Shown here: positions 1 to 10,139 of the stretch, one piece after another
Layout of the letters: each line of letters opens with the position of its first letter
Position numbering within the stretch: the stretch's first letter is position 1
Origin: Candidatus Bathyarchaeota archaeon
Lineage (GTDB): Archaea; Thermoproteota; Bathyarchaeia; Bathyarchaeales; Bathycorpusculaceae
Length of the DNA stretch: 64,000 nucleotides
NCBI GenBank assembly: GCA_963777155.1
Contig: CAVZPM010000034.1
Location: 25,924 to 89,923 of the forward strand
Direction of reading: 5' to 3'
The notes under the pieces: generated by a model
What the model was told of the DNA's origin: nothing
Database searches by the model: none
What the model saw: only the letters and a program-made list of their open reading frames with translations
Made by a program: the position numbers and the translations under genes

Positions 1-155
1 CAATATTCATCAAACATCCCTCGCGGCTACCCACACTCGTTAACGCAACCCATGCCAAAATGGAACTACTTAAGCGCCAAGAGGAGATTCCGGGTCATAT
101 GAAAGATACCCCAAAAGCAACTATTCAAACAGCTGACCAAAAGGAGACAAATTAG
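1..155 (+). CDS. 3' end of an unidentified CDS running in from the window edge
   Basis: Open frame from position 3 (IFIKHPSRLPTLVNATHAKMELL...QKETN) to TAG at 153-155; too short to assign. Confidence 0.4.
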   Translation, partial: IFIKHPSRLPTLVNATHAKMELLKRQEEIPGHMKDTPKATIQTADQKETN

Positions 156-250
156 TTGTCATCGCGATGGAAAACCGTATCGAGACCCAGCACGCATTTA
201 CAAACCCAACGTCATTAATCGAGGTTTAAAATCTTGAGTGGCAGACTAAC

Positions 251-883
251 ATGACAAAAACTGAAAATATAGAATCGCTTGATTTTCTTAGAAAACAAGC
301 GGTAAAATTGGGCGCCATAGAAGCGAAGATAATTTCTGTGGAAAAAATCGTTATCGAAGACCGTGTTGTTTTCAAATGTAAATTAGGATGCGAAAAATAT
401 GGCAAAACATTAGCATGCCCCCCTTATGCTCCAACCCCTGAGGAATTTAGAAAAATAGTCAGCGAATACCATCATGCCTTGTTTATGAAATTTAGAACGC
501 AAGCCGAAGGAGACTCAGAACTAATAAAGTATCTCTCAAAAACAGATGACCCCTCTCTTCCTCAAGAGATGAAGGCAAAAGTGGATAAGTTTTGGTCTGC
601 TTGGAAAGATGAGATGAAAAAGATTTTGGAAATCGTTCATGAACTCGAAAAAATGGCTGCTAAAGAAGGGCATCTTCTTGCCGTGGGGCTGGTCTCTGGG
701 GCATGTCAGTTGTGTGAAAAATGCAACGTGGAAAAAGGAATCTGCCTCCATCCCACCATGAAAAGGTATTCAGAAGAAGGCGTAGGAGTCAATGTAAAAG
801 CAACTGCGGAAAAAGCCGGTTTGAAATTTACTTTGCCCTTTAAAAAGAATCCTGAGACCTTTGCTTTGCTCTTAATAGAATGA
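251..883 (+). CDS. DUF2284 family predicted metal-binding protein
   Basis: KCKLGCEKYGKTLACPPYAP and GACQLCEKC...CLHP...RYSEEGVG motifs typical of DUF2284. Confidence 0.8.
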   Translation: MTKTENIESLDFLRKQAVKLGAIEAKIISVEKIVIEDRVVFKCKLGCEKYGKTLACPPYAPTPEEFRKIVSEYHHALFMKFRTQAEGDSELIKYLSKTDDPSLPQEMKAKVDKFWSAWKDEMKKILEIVHELEKMAAKEGHLLAVGLVSGACQLCEKCNVEKGICLHPTMKRYSEEGVGVNVKATAEKAGLKFTLPFKKNPETFALLLIE

Positions 884-932
884 TCTAAGCTAAGCCTTAT
901 ATAACCAAAAATTTAACTTCATTCAAAATTTA

Positions 933-2054
933 GTGCAGGGCTATCAGATGAAATTGAATACTGGAATCGAGAACATTAATGCTGAAATCAGAAATCAAAC
1001 TCTTGTTATTTGGTCCAAAACTCCTCTAAAGATACTAAGTTCTGCTCTCTTGAATGGGGGGTTGATTGAGGCGAATGGAATAATTAACGTTCAAGTTCCT
1101 GAAGGCTCTGGAAGCGACATGAACGACATGCACTGGAGTGGTCCTGAAAATTTCTTAATTAACGTAGCAAACCAACTGCAACTTCCAAAGGACAAAGTGG
1201 TCGGGCTAATGACTGCTGCCAAAATGAAAAACGCGATTGTATCCACGGAAAAGTGCGATGGCGTGACTCTAACAGTTTTTGTGACAGCCGGAGCAACTGT
1301 AGCAGTTACCGCTGGTGAGCCGGCAGCTTCCAAGAGTAGTCAACTCCAAAAAATCGGCACAATAAACATCATAGTAATAGTTGATGGAAATTTAACTGAT
1401 GGCAGCATGGTTGAGGTAGTTAAAACAGCCACTGAAGCAAAAACTGTTGCCATTCGTGAATTGGACATTAGGAGTCGCTTCTCAGGCGACCTTGCCACAG
1501 GGACATTAACGGATAGCGTAGCGGTAGGCTGCACTAAAAGAGGCAAACAAATACAGTATGCTGGGACCTTCACAATTATCGGCGAACTAATTGGGAAATG
1601 CGTAAGGGAAGGCGTGAAAACGGCTATTTTTAAACAAGAGAATATTGTGCCAAACCGACCTCTAGTTGATAGGTTGGCTGACAGATGTTTATCGATCGAA
1701 ACTATTGTGTCACAGGTTTCTGAGGGAAAGATAAAGAATCAAAGCCCTGAGCATGTGAAACTTCAGAAACGACTGGAATCGATTCTGTCAGACCCAAAAA
1801 TTGCATCGCTTGTTATAGCATCTCTTAGGCTCGATGAAGACTTAGCAAAAGGTCTAATTCCCAAAAAAGCTCCAAACATTATGGATCAGGCTTCGTTTGA
1901 GGAAATTGTCAAGTCTGCCTCAAAATGTTTCTCGAATTATTCTACAGAATTCTCCTTTAATAAAGAAAAACCCGAAGACGAAGCCCAGTTAGGTCCGTTC
2001 ACGAAATGTGTTTTAAAAGCTATTTTCAAAGAAGTTCACTCAAACATTTCTTGA
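933..2054 (+). CDS. cbiZ: Adenosylcobinamide amidohydrolase CbiZ with a C-terminal CobZ-like extension
   Basis: LSSALLNGG, VGLMTAA, GTINIIV, TEAK, ATGTLTDS motifs of CbiZ; extra ~130-aa C-terminal domain. True start may be ATG 948. Confidence 0.85.
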   Translation: MQGYQMKLNTGIENINAEIRNQTLVIWSKTPLKILSSALLNGGLIEANGIINVQVPEGSGSDMNDMHWSGPENFLINVANQLQLPKDKVVGLMTAAKMKNAIVSTEKCDGVTLTVFVTAGATVAVTAGEPAASKSSQLQKIGTINIIVIVDGNLTDGSMVEVVKTATEAKTVAIRELDIRSRFSGDLATGTLTDSVAVGCTKRGKQIQYAGTFTIIGELIGKCVREGVKTAIFKQENIVPNRPLVDRLADRCLSIETIVSQVSEGKIKNQSPEHVKLQKRLESILSDPKIASLVIASLRLDEDLAKGLIPKKAPNIMDQASFEEIVKSASKCFSNYSTEFSFNKEKPEDEAQLGPFTKCVLKAIFKEVHSNIS

Positions 2055-2110
2055 ACTGTTTTGTGAAGGTCTTGTCCTCTTAGGATAGAAAAGTATTACT
2101 ATTTCCATAA

Positions 2111-2824
2111 ATGGTATGCATTCCTATGGATCTGTCGATAATCTTCATCCTTCTTACGGGATTAGGGTTAGGCTTTGCGCATTCCCTCGACCCTGACCAT
2201 GTTGTCGCAGTATCCACATTATTATGTAATAACAAAAGCCTGCGCAAATCCATCACTTCAGCAACACTCTGGGGCGTTGGGCATTCAACGGTGCTGTTCA
2301 TAATCGGATTGCTTGTCCTCACCCTTAGCGTAGTAATTCCTCAATCTGTCCTCAAACTGTTCGATTGCGCCGCTGGAGTTTTGTTAATAATTCTTGGGGC
2401 GTTTGTTCTCAAGCCGTTAATAGCAGAAAGAGTCCGAAGTAACCAAATTATCCATGAACACACCCATTCCCATCCGCACTCGCATTCACATTCTCATTCT
2501 CATGATCATGCCATCGATAACCACCATGGTCATGCTTACCTGCATAAATCAGCGCTAACAGGGGCTTTACAGGGGCTCGGAGGCAGCGCCGCTTTAATGT
2601 TAGTAACATTGTCTACAGTAAATTCGGTTGAGACAGGTTTATTTTTCATTTTGCTTTTTGGAGTGGGCGTAATCTTGGGCATGGTGGGCATCGCCTGTTT
2701 GGTGGGCTCTGTGATGGCTTATACGGCATCGAATCTGGAGAGAGTACACAAGATAATTAAAGCCTTAACGGGGTTAGCAAGTATAGTTTTTGGAATTGTT
2801 ATTATTGTGTATGCTTTGGTTTAG
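2111..2824 (+). CDS. UreH/NiCoT-like Ni/Co transporter with His-rich loop
   Basis: HSLDPDH signature, WGVGHS, multiple TM helices, HEHTHSHPHSHSHSHSHDH loop. Confidence 0.8.
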   Translation: MVCIPMDLSIIFILLTGLGLGFAHSLDPDHVVAVSTLLCNNKSLRKSITSATLWGVGHSTVLFIIGLLVLTLSVVIPQSVLKLFDCAAGVLLIILGAFVLKPLIAERVRSNQIIHEHTHSHPHSHSHSHSHDHAIDNHHGHAYLHKSALTGALQGLGGSAALMLVTLSTVNSVETGLFFILLFGVGVILGMVGIACLVGSVMAYTASNLERVHKIIKALTGLASIVFGIVIIVYALV

Positions 2825-2828
2825 CCAA

Positions 2829-3515
2829 TTACTTTTTGCTTGAATTTTCTTGTTTTTTCGAATCAAAAAGCATGCTTAAACCATACAGTTTTGTTGGGCT
2901 AACTCGCGAGAGCGATAGAACTATTGGGACAGTGAACATTGCTTCAGCCAATCCAGATGGAACATACCAAAACAGCATCGTGGGCACCGTTACTGTGATG
3001 CCTCCAAGTGTTCCTACCATTGGAGCAACACCAATTTCTATTCCTACAGCTAAAGCAGTCAGTATGTTTGACAACCATGCAGCTATGAATAGGGCTACCC
3101 CAAGTCGCTTCCTGCTTGAACTCCCGTCTAAAATAAATTTTACAACGAAAAAAGAAAAAGCACCAATTATAGCCATATTGAAGACGTTAGCTCCAAAACT
3201 GGTAATTCCTCCATCTCCAAATGCTAAGGCTTGAATTATCAATACTAAGGTTGAGCTTATTATTGCCCCGCTGGGTCCAAGAATCATTGTGACCAACGTG
3301 CCGCCCATTATATGCCACGTACTTCCGCCTCCTGCCACAGGAAACTCAACCATCTGAACAATAAGAATGACTGCGCTTATTATCGCCGCGAGCGGGATGA
3401 AAACGCGCGACATGTTGCGTTTTGCTGTTTTCCAAGCCCATGCCAAAAAAAATAATGATATACAAAACATGACTATGCATGCGTATGGGTTGAGAATTCC
3501 ATCGGGAATATGCAT
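2829..3515 (-). CDS. cbiM: ECF-type Co/Ni transporter S component CbiM/NikM
   Basis: N-terminal MHIPDG, GSTWH, QALAFGDGGITSFGAN motifs. Confidence 0.85.
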   Translation of the reverse strand: MHIPDGILNPYACIVMFCISLFFLAWAWKTAKRNMSRVFIPLAAIISAVILIVQMVEFPVAGGGSTWHIMGGTLVTMILGPSGAIISSTLVLIIQALAFGDGGITSFGANVFNMAIIGAFSFFVVKFILDGSSSRKRLGVALFIAAWLSNILTALAVGIEIGVAPMVGTLGGITVTVPTMLFWYVPSGLAEAMFTVPIVLSLSRVSPTKLYGLSMLFDSKKQENSSKK

Positions 3516-3688
3516 TCATAGATAGTGTTAACTTTGCATATTTTAGTATTACTAGTTCTGTATGAAACCGTTACCTTTGCCCTGAAAAATTAATATAAGC
3601 TTTTGTAAGCGTTAAAACGTCTGAAATTGCGATACAACCATAAAGGTACTCTATGCAAGGAATTATGAAATTTTTCTTTTCTCTGACT

Positions 3689-5780
3689 TTAACGTTCGAT
3701 TGATATCTTGCTGACTCCAGCTTCCTTCTCAAGAGTAATAACATGGTCTGCTTTAGCTGCGAAAGCCTCGGAGTGAGTAACTGCGATGATTTGTTCGATG
3801 GCTTTGAATCGGCTGATGGCTTCGGCTAACCTCTCTATGCTTCCGTCTTCGCTGCCCAAGTTCTCTGTAGGTTCATCAAGCATGAGCATACCCAAGCCGT
3901 GGCCAGTTCTTGACTGCATAATCAACTGTCCCAATCCTAAACGGTAAGCAAACGCCAACAATGTTCTTTCTCCACCAGAGAGATTGCTGACTTCGCGGTC
4001 CACGCCTGTCTCACTTTTCACGTACGGTGTGTAGGTCTCATCGATAACCACGTTAAGCATGGGTGTTTCACCGCCAACTAAGCCATCAAGCACTTGCTGT
4101 ACAAAGTTGCGCAGTAACTTAACAAATTCGCTATCGTAGTTTGGGTTGAATGCTGCGGTAAGCATCGCGGATTGCGCCGAGAACTTCGATGGTTTTGCGG
4201 ATTTTCTCCATACGCTCCAGTTTTTCTTGAGCAAGGTTGATGCGTTCTTTGGTGTCATCTAGGCGTTGGGCTAAGTCTTTTTTACGGTTCTCTTTGGTTC
4301 GTAGATCCGACTCTACAATATAATATTGCCTAAATACGCGTTCCCTTTGAACCCGTGCTTCCTCGACGTTTTGGAGATTGAATTTGCCTATTTCAAACAA
4401 AAGCATTTCTAGCTGTGATTGCAAGTCAACTTCTAGTTTCTGCTTCTCTTCAAATTCAATTGAGAGGTTTTTTAGGTTGTTTTCTTCCTCGCTGATTCTT
4501 GTCTTCAAGTCGGCTTCGCGTGTAACAAATGTCTGAAGGTTTGTAGAGGCTTCGGAAGCAATTGCCTTGGTTTTTTGCAGGTCAGCAACTTGAATCCTAA
4601 GTTGGTTAATGGTTCTTTCCCGCTCAATGTTCTCTTGATGTATTCTCTGCATCAAATCCGTCTTGTATTCACCTGTTAATGGTTGAATGCAGAGCGGACA
4701 CTTACTTTCCTGAGCTAGGTCAACGGCTCTTTTCTTGTCAGTTTGCATGCTTCGTGAAGTGGCTTCTTGCTCAGCTTTCAAAGTGCTTATTTTATCGTCA
4801 AACCCAGCCAAACAAGAACTCAACTGTTCGATTGGCAAATTATCTGGTAACCCTGCCTGCTGCAACTTACCCCAGCACATCTTTATCTGGGAATCAAGAG
4901 AGATTTGACGTTGATGCAGGTTGTCGACAATGGTTTTTTTGCCTTCTATACGTTGACTAAGCGACGCCAATGTTGCTGTCATGTTTTGAATGTTAGCGTT
5001 GAGTTTTGCTTCTTTACGTTTGAGTTCTTCTATAGCGATTTTCTTTTCTTCCAATTGTTTAAGCTGGGAATTTGCTTCATCCAATGCTCTTTTTGCAACC
5101 GCCAACTTCTGCGTTGAATTCTCCAGTTCCATCTCCAAAAGAGTGAATTCTTCGCTTGCCCTGTTGTATTCGTTGCTGAGTTTTTCTAAGCCATTTACAT
5201 CGGCGTCTTTTTGAAAGTAAGACAACTCATTCTCATAGTCTCGTTTAAACGGACCAATATTATTCCAAGCAACTTCATAGTCTGATAAACCGAATAATTC
5301 ATCCAAACGTGTTTGCCTATCTCGTGGTTTGGCATCCAAAAGATCCTTGAGGTGTTCCTGCCTAAACCAGACAATTTCACGGTAAAGGTCCCTGTCAAGA
5401 CCCGTGATTGCTTTAAACTGTTCAGAGATGGCTTCTGTTTTCATGCTTGCTACCAGCTTGTCATCCTCGAGGAGTTTGAGTTGTTCGAAGTCTTGGTTGA
5501 TGCTTTTGCCCTTGCGTTTTAATCCACGGGTCAACTTGTAGGTCTTGCCGTTGTGAGTAAACTGCACAGTGACTCTGCACCAGTCAGCGTTTTCCCTCAT
5601 GAGGTATTCAAAGCTCTTGCTGCCAATTGTGTCACCGAACAATGCAAAATCAACCGCGTACATTACGCTGGATTTGCCGCAGCCTACACCGCCAACTAAA
5701 CAATTGAATCCACGAGTGAAAGGCACTGTGGATTTAGTGTGACTACGGATGTTTTCCAGCTGTACAATTTCTATTTTCAT
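3689..5780 (-). CDS. rad50: DNA double-strand break repair ATPase Rad50 (split by a 1-nt frameshift near 4134)
   Basis: Walker A GGVGCGKSS, coiled coil with CPLC zinc hook; the second frame has LSGGE, LDEPT and VTH. One extra base at ...PKLR/SEFVK joins the halves. Confidence 0.92.
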
Positions 5781-6979
5781 TTGGCAAGTTCCTCGATGGC
5801 TTGCTTGACTTTCTCGTCCTGCTTCCGGGTTAAGGGCTCAATTAGGCTAAGCGCAGCTTTGGAGATTTTTTCAGCCTCTTCCTTGCCATAACGGTCTGCA
5901 AAGATCTGCTGGAAATACTCGAATGCCTTGGTTTTAAGGTCCTTAAATCCGCTTTCAAATATGGAACGCACGATTTCGTCTGAAACTGACGTTTCTTTGA
6001 GCAAAATAATGGGGTGAACAAGCAACGCCTTTTCGCCTGCGCAACGAATTTTTGCAATGTCGATTTCTGTGCGGTTGGCTTCAGCTGGCAGGGTTCCCTT
6101 CAGTACTGGAATCACCACTACGCCTTCTTCGTCAGCTTCTCTTACCATTTGAATGGCTAATTCGGTTATCTTGGCGGAAGACATGCCTGTGAAATCTTGT
6201 TCTGCAAGCACAAATCTGCGGGGGGACGAAAGATCTATTGGTTCTGGAGCAGCTTCGCCTTTCTCGTTAACCTTTACATGGAAGAAACCCTTGGGGTATT
6301 TGGCTTCGTCGTATCCAACAGTTTCTATGCAGCCGCTATAAACCAAAATGCCATCTTTGAACTTGCCGACAAACCGTTCGTGCACATGTCCAGCTGCATA
6401 ATAACAGAATCCGCTCGGCAACTCCTCAGGCGAAATTTCGGCTTCAAAAGGACCCTTAACGCTTGGCAAATCTAATGCGCCGTGAAAAACAAAGATGTTG
6501 GCAACTCTATCTTTTGGCGTTGGCTGGTTTTCCGCCATAAATTTTGGTAGTGCCTCTTGAGTTTTATGGCGGTTGTGATAGGTTGGGATCCCGTATACGT
6601 AGCAGCAATCCTGTTTGGTCCAGCATGCACCCTGATGTCTTGGCAGATGGGTGATTAATCCTGCACTGTCTAGGGGGTAGAGGATTGTGCTTGTTATTGT
6701 GTTTGGGGCGGAATCGTGTGAGCCATCAACCGTTAAAACTGGGATGCCTGCATCTTTTAGCCGCTTAAAACTTCTGATAGTGTTCTCTAAAGTGTGGTTG
6801 GATGGCCTTGGCTGATGAAAAAGGTCACCGGCAATAATCATGAAATCAGGTTTTAACTCAATTGTTTTTTCGACAAGTTCTCTAAATGCGTCGTCGAAGT
6901 CTTGCCTTCTTGCCTCTAAGCCATACTGCGAATAACCCAAATGCAGATCTGCAGCGTGAACAAAGCTAAACGGCTTCAA
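5777..6979 (-). CDS. mre11: DNA repair nuclease Mre11
   Basis: ADLHLG, AGDLF, GSHD, FHG, AGHVH phosphoesterase motifs; overlaps the rad50 start. Confidence 0.92.
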   Translation of the reverse strand: MKPFSFVHAADLHLGYSQYGLEARRQDFDDAFRELVEKTIELKPDFMIIAGDLFHQPRPSNHTLENTIRSFKRLKDAGIPVLTVDGSHDSAPNTITSTILYPLDSAGLITHLPRHQGACWTKQDCCYVYGIPTYHNRHKTQEALPKFMAENQPTPKDRVANIFVFHGALDLPSVKGPFEAEISPEELPSGFCYYAAGHVHERFVGKFKDGILVYSGCIETVGYDEAKYPKGFFHVKVNEKGEAAPEPIDLSSPRRFVLAEQDFTGMSSAKITELAIQMVREADEEGVVVIPVLKGTLPAEANRTEIDIAKIRCAGEKALLVHPIILLKETSVSDEIVRSIFESGFKDLKTKAFEYFQQIFADRYGKEEAEKISKAALSLIEPLTRKQDEKVKQAIEELAK

Positions 6980-7131
6980 TCCGACAATACTCCCCTTATT
7001 TTTCCGCTTGTGTTGTGATAGTTGGATTGCCTATTTTAAAGCGTTTATGTATATTCACTGTTTCTTGACTTTTAAAGGAAAAAGTATAAACCATCATATA
7101 CAACTTAACTGTAAAAAGGCCCCAAACAATC

Positions 7132-7941
7132 ATGAAATGCCAAGTATGTGCAACAGAAACAATGATACCTTTCCGCTGCCCCTTCTGTGGCGGACAATTC
7201 TGCAGTGCACACCGCCTACCCGAAAATCATAAGTGCCCAGGAATCAGCGCTGCTCGGGCACAGACCCAAGAGCGGGTGATGGCTCCTCAATCGTATAACT
7301 CTTACAATTATAGCTACGTCTTCGGTCAAGATCCATACAAGCGCCGAGTGCGTGTTGTTTTTAGCCAAAAAGAAGTTAAACACATTGGTATCGCAGCCGC
7401 TCTTGTGATAGGTATAGGTTTATCGATGGCTTTGTACAGTTTCAGCTGGAGCTGGACTGTTATGGCTACATTCGCCGTTGTTATGACAGTGTCTTTTCTG
7501 GTTCATGAAATCGCTCACAAAGTGATGGCGCAGCAAGCTGGGATGTGGGCTGAATTTCGTCTCACAACATGGGGAGCTGTATTAACGCTTGTTTCAGTGT
7601 TTTTGCCATTTAAAATGATTGCCCCAGGCGCCATGATGATCGGGGGACAACCACCCTCCGCCAAGGACATGGTAAAAATCTCTATCGCTGGAGTAATTAC
7701 GAACATGATTTTCGCTGCCACCTTTCTGGGTTTAGCATTTGGTTTACCCATCAGCGAATATTCAGGAATGCTATTCTTTTCCGCCTACATCAACTCGTTT
7801 ATGGCACTCTTTAACCTGATTCCATTCGGAGTCTTGGATGGCTACAAACTGTTTCTCTTAAACAGGACAGTGTGGGCGTTAGCGTTTATTCCAAGCATCG
7901 TCCTCACAGCGATCTCTGGATGGATAATGTTCTTTGCTTAA
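7132..7941 (+). CDS. AN1-type zinc finger fused to an M50 site-2 protease
   Basis: CQVC-x9-CPFC-x4-CSAH-x5-HKC (AN1); HEIAH and NLIPFGVLDG (M50). Confidence 0.85.
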   Translation: MKCQVCATETMIPFRCPFCGGQFCSAHRLPENHKCPGISAARAQTQERVMAPQSYNSYNYSYVFGQDPYKRRVRVVFSQKEVKHIGIAAALVIGIGLSMALYSFSWSWTVMATFAVVMTVSFLVHEIAHKVMAQQAGMWAEFRLTTWGAVLTLVSVFLPFKMIAPGAMMIGGQPPSAKDMVKISIAGVITNMIFAATFLGLAFGLPISEYSGMLFFSAYINSFMALFNLIPFGVLDGYKLFLLNRTVWALAFIPSIVLTAISGWIMFFA

Positions 7942-8018
7942 AAGGGTCGCTGTATTGGCGGCTTCCACTCTAACGCGTTTTTTGTTTCACGGCAGAATGA
8001 GAAATTAATTAAGAAGGT

Positions 8019-8327
8019 TTAGATGAGTTCGATTGTTACGTGCACTTCTTCAGGTACACGGATACGCATGATGCGTCTCATGACACGCTCTTCTGAGTCG
8101 ATGTCGATTAAACGTTTGTGGATGCGCATTTCCCATCGATCCCATGTTGCTGTGCCTTCGCCTGACGGACCTTTTAGAACTGGAACACGTAAACGTTTGG
8201 TTGGTAGTGGTACTGGGCCGTTCATTTTAACGCCTGTTTTTGAGGCGATGCTTTTCAGTTCTCCACATACCTCTTCTAATTTACTGTAATCTGTACTTGT
8301 GAGGCGGATTCGTGCTTTTCTGACCAT
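8019..8327 (-). CDS. rps10: 30S ribosomal protein S10 (uS10)
   Basis: [32 protein letters not shown]: archaeal S10. Confidence 0.98.
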   Translation of the reverse strand: MVRKARIRLTSTDYSKLEEVCGELKSIASKTGVKMNGPVPLPTKRLRVPVLKGPSGEGTATWDRWEMRIHKRLIDIDSEERVMRRIMRIRVPEEVHVTIELI

Positions 8328-8658
8328 ACTTTTATGTCAAATCCCGTTTGTTGCAAACCATAGACACAATAGCCAAACATAAAAACCTATCGACGCACAT
8401 TATTTCTTATTGTCTAGCATTTTGTCGATCCGCAGAATCTCTTAGGTTTTCGATAGAAACGTTCTGTAATACCTTAAAGGTTGTGGGTTTACTGAGGCTA
8501 TGGGCCCGAAAGAGGAAAAGGAAAAATGATAACCTCAACCTATTGATTGGAGTCTTAATGCAAATGTTATCCAGAGCCCATTCAGCCCCACATTTTCTCT
8601 AAGCACTGGTTTAAATGACTAAAAAAGGGGAAAGATAGATTTTGATTGAGTCTTCTGT

Positions 8659-8918
8659 TTATGGTCTTTTTCTAACTGCCATCAACAGGATAGCACCGAC
8701 TACAGCTATTGCAACTATAATTGCTGCTACTCCTGCGGCAATGTACATGTCAGTTGGCGGTTGAGCGGTTTCTGCGACTGGTGATGCTGTGGGTGCCGCT
8801 GGGTCGACTACAAAGCTTGTTTCTTGAGCTGAGGAATAGTACGCTTCTGTACCTGCGAAAGTAGCGATCACTGTGTATTTTCCTGGAATATCTGGTTTCC
8901 ACGCTAAGCGAAAGCTAT
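8659..8918 (-). pseudogene. 5'-truncated C-terminal fragment of a PQQ-propeller-type surface protein (Ig-like segment, Pro/Thr linker, TM anchor, RKRP)
   Basis: Reads SFRLAWKPDIPGKYTVIATFAGTEAYYSSAQETSFVV...IAVVGAILLMAVRKRP; similarity ends where the antisense TrmB frame begins. Confidence 0.7.
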
Positions 8919-9676
8919 ACTTGACTCTTCTTAGAATGGGAAACGCAAATGGCCGAACACTTGCAGAACAGGCAAAAGTGCCCCGATCAATAGTCTACAG
9001 GGCACTAGATGAACTCCAAAAGAAAGGATTAGTTGAAAAAGAAATCAGCCAGCCCTACACGTTTATTGCAACTCCAATTCAACATGGACTGCAAATGCTA
9101 ATAGATCAAAAATTTGAGGAATGCAAAAAAATCCGAAAAGAAACAAATACATTTCTCAAGAAAACAAGAAGCAACCAAGAGACCTCGTTTGGGGACCAAG
9201 AATACAGGCTTTTGATGATTGACCGAAAAGAAAGGATAACCCAAAGAATGAGGCACCAACACGACAATGCAAAACTAAATGTGGACGTTCTTTCTACCCC
9301 ACAGAGATGGCTGCAAATTCTTCACGATTGTGTGCAAAACTATGAAAACACTCTGTCTAGAGGCGTCAAGTATAGAGTAGTATTAGATAGTTGTAAACTA
9401 GACATTGACCGCCAGAAGAATATTCAGGCGCTGCTTACAAAACCAAACTTTAATCTCAGGTTGAGCACTAGCTCACTGTGCGTTAACGCTGCCATCTTTG
9501 ACGGCAAAGAAGCCAGTTTCTGTTTTTATCCTTCAAAGCCTTTGACTGAGTCTCCTATTATTTGGACAAATCATCCCAGCTTCTTAGCGATGTTTCAAAG
9601 TTACTTTGAGAATATTTGGGAGTCAGCCCAGTGTGTCACTGGAATACCAAAAAGCATGATTCAGCCGACTAATTGA
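8873..9676 (+). CDS. TrmB-family transcriptional regulator, apparently 5'-truncated
   Basis: KLYLTLLRMG...VPRSIVYRALDELQKKGLVEK wHTH and C-terminal AIFDGKE...WTNHP PLD-like domain; the called GTG start lies inside the antisense PQQ fragment. Confidence 0.75.
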   Translation: MYFPGISGFHAKRKLYLTLLRMGNANGRTLAEQAKVPRSIVYRALDELQKKGLVEKEISQPYTFIATPIQHGLQMLIDQKFEECKKIRKETNTFLKKTRSNQETSFGDQEYRLLMIDRKERITQRMRHQHDNAKLNVDVLSTPQRWLQILHDCVQNYENTLSRGVKYRVVLDSCKLDIDRQKNIQALLTKPNFNLRLSTSSLCVNAAIFDGKEASFCFYPSKPLTESPIIWTNHPSFLAMFQSYFENIWESAQCVTGIPKSMIQPTN

Positions 9677-9763
9677 AGATAAAATGCCTTCATTTAACCC
9701 TGTCAGTATTAACGTACTAAGAAGCTTTAAAAAAAGAAAAGGGGATAGTTTTGCTTAGGATTT

Positions 9764-10111
9764 TTATGGTCGTCTTCTAAGGGTTAGCAATATAGCTGCG
9801 CCGATGATAATTAGAATCACTATTATTGCGATTCCTGTGCCCAAGACATATGTGTCAGTCATTGATGCTGGTGGTCCTGCTGTAGGTACTACCGTTGGAT
9901 GTGGTTCCTCGACTGTAAAGGTGGTTTCAGTCGATGATGGCCAGTTTCCATTAGTGCCATGGAAAGTTGCGATGACCTTGAAGTCGCCTGTAATGTCAGG
10001 AGTCCATGTTAGACTATACCTACCCGTGTTGTCAGTTTTTGTAGTGCCGATATTTCTGTAGTTGCCATTAGAATCTATGACATCTATTGTTATGTCAACA
10101 CCAATTGTTGC
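9764..10111 (-). pseudogene. Second 5'-truncated C-terminal fragment of a PQQ-propeller-type surface protein (missing from the ORF track)
   Basis: Manual translation ATIGVDITIDVIDSNGNYRNIGTTKTDNTGRYSLTWTPDITGDFKVIATFHGTNGNWPSSTETTFTV...IIGAAILLTLRRRP*; no start codon before the in-frame TAA at 10174-10172. Confidence 0.75.
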
Positions 10112-10139
10112 TTCGAAAAAACGGTACCCTTGACCTGTT

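Noticed and set aside
4125-4145. Programmed frameshift or TAG recoding in rad50
   Set aside because: No slippery sequence; a single extra base explains it, consistent with the window-wide indel pattern.
9804-10061. 85-aa plus-strand ORF
   Set aside because: Antisense shadow of the PQQ-type C-terminal fragment on the minus strand.
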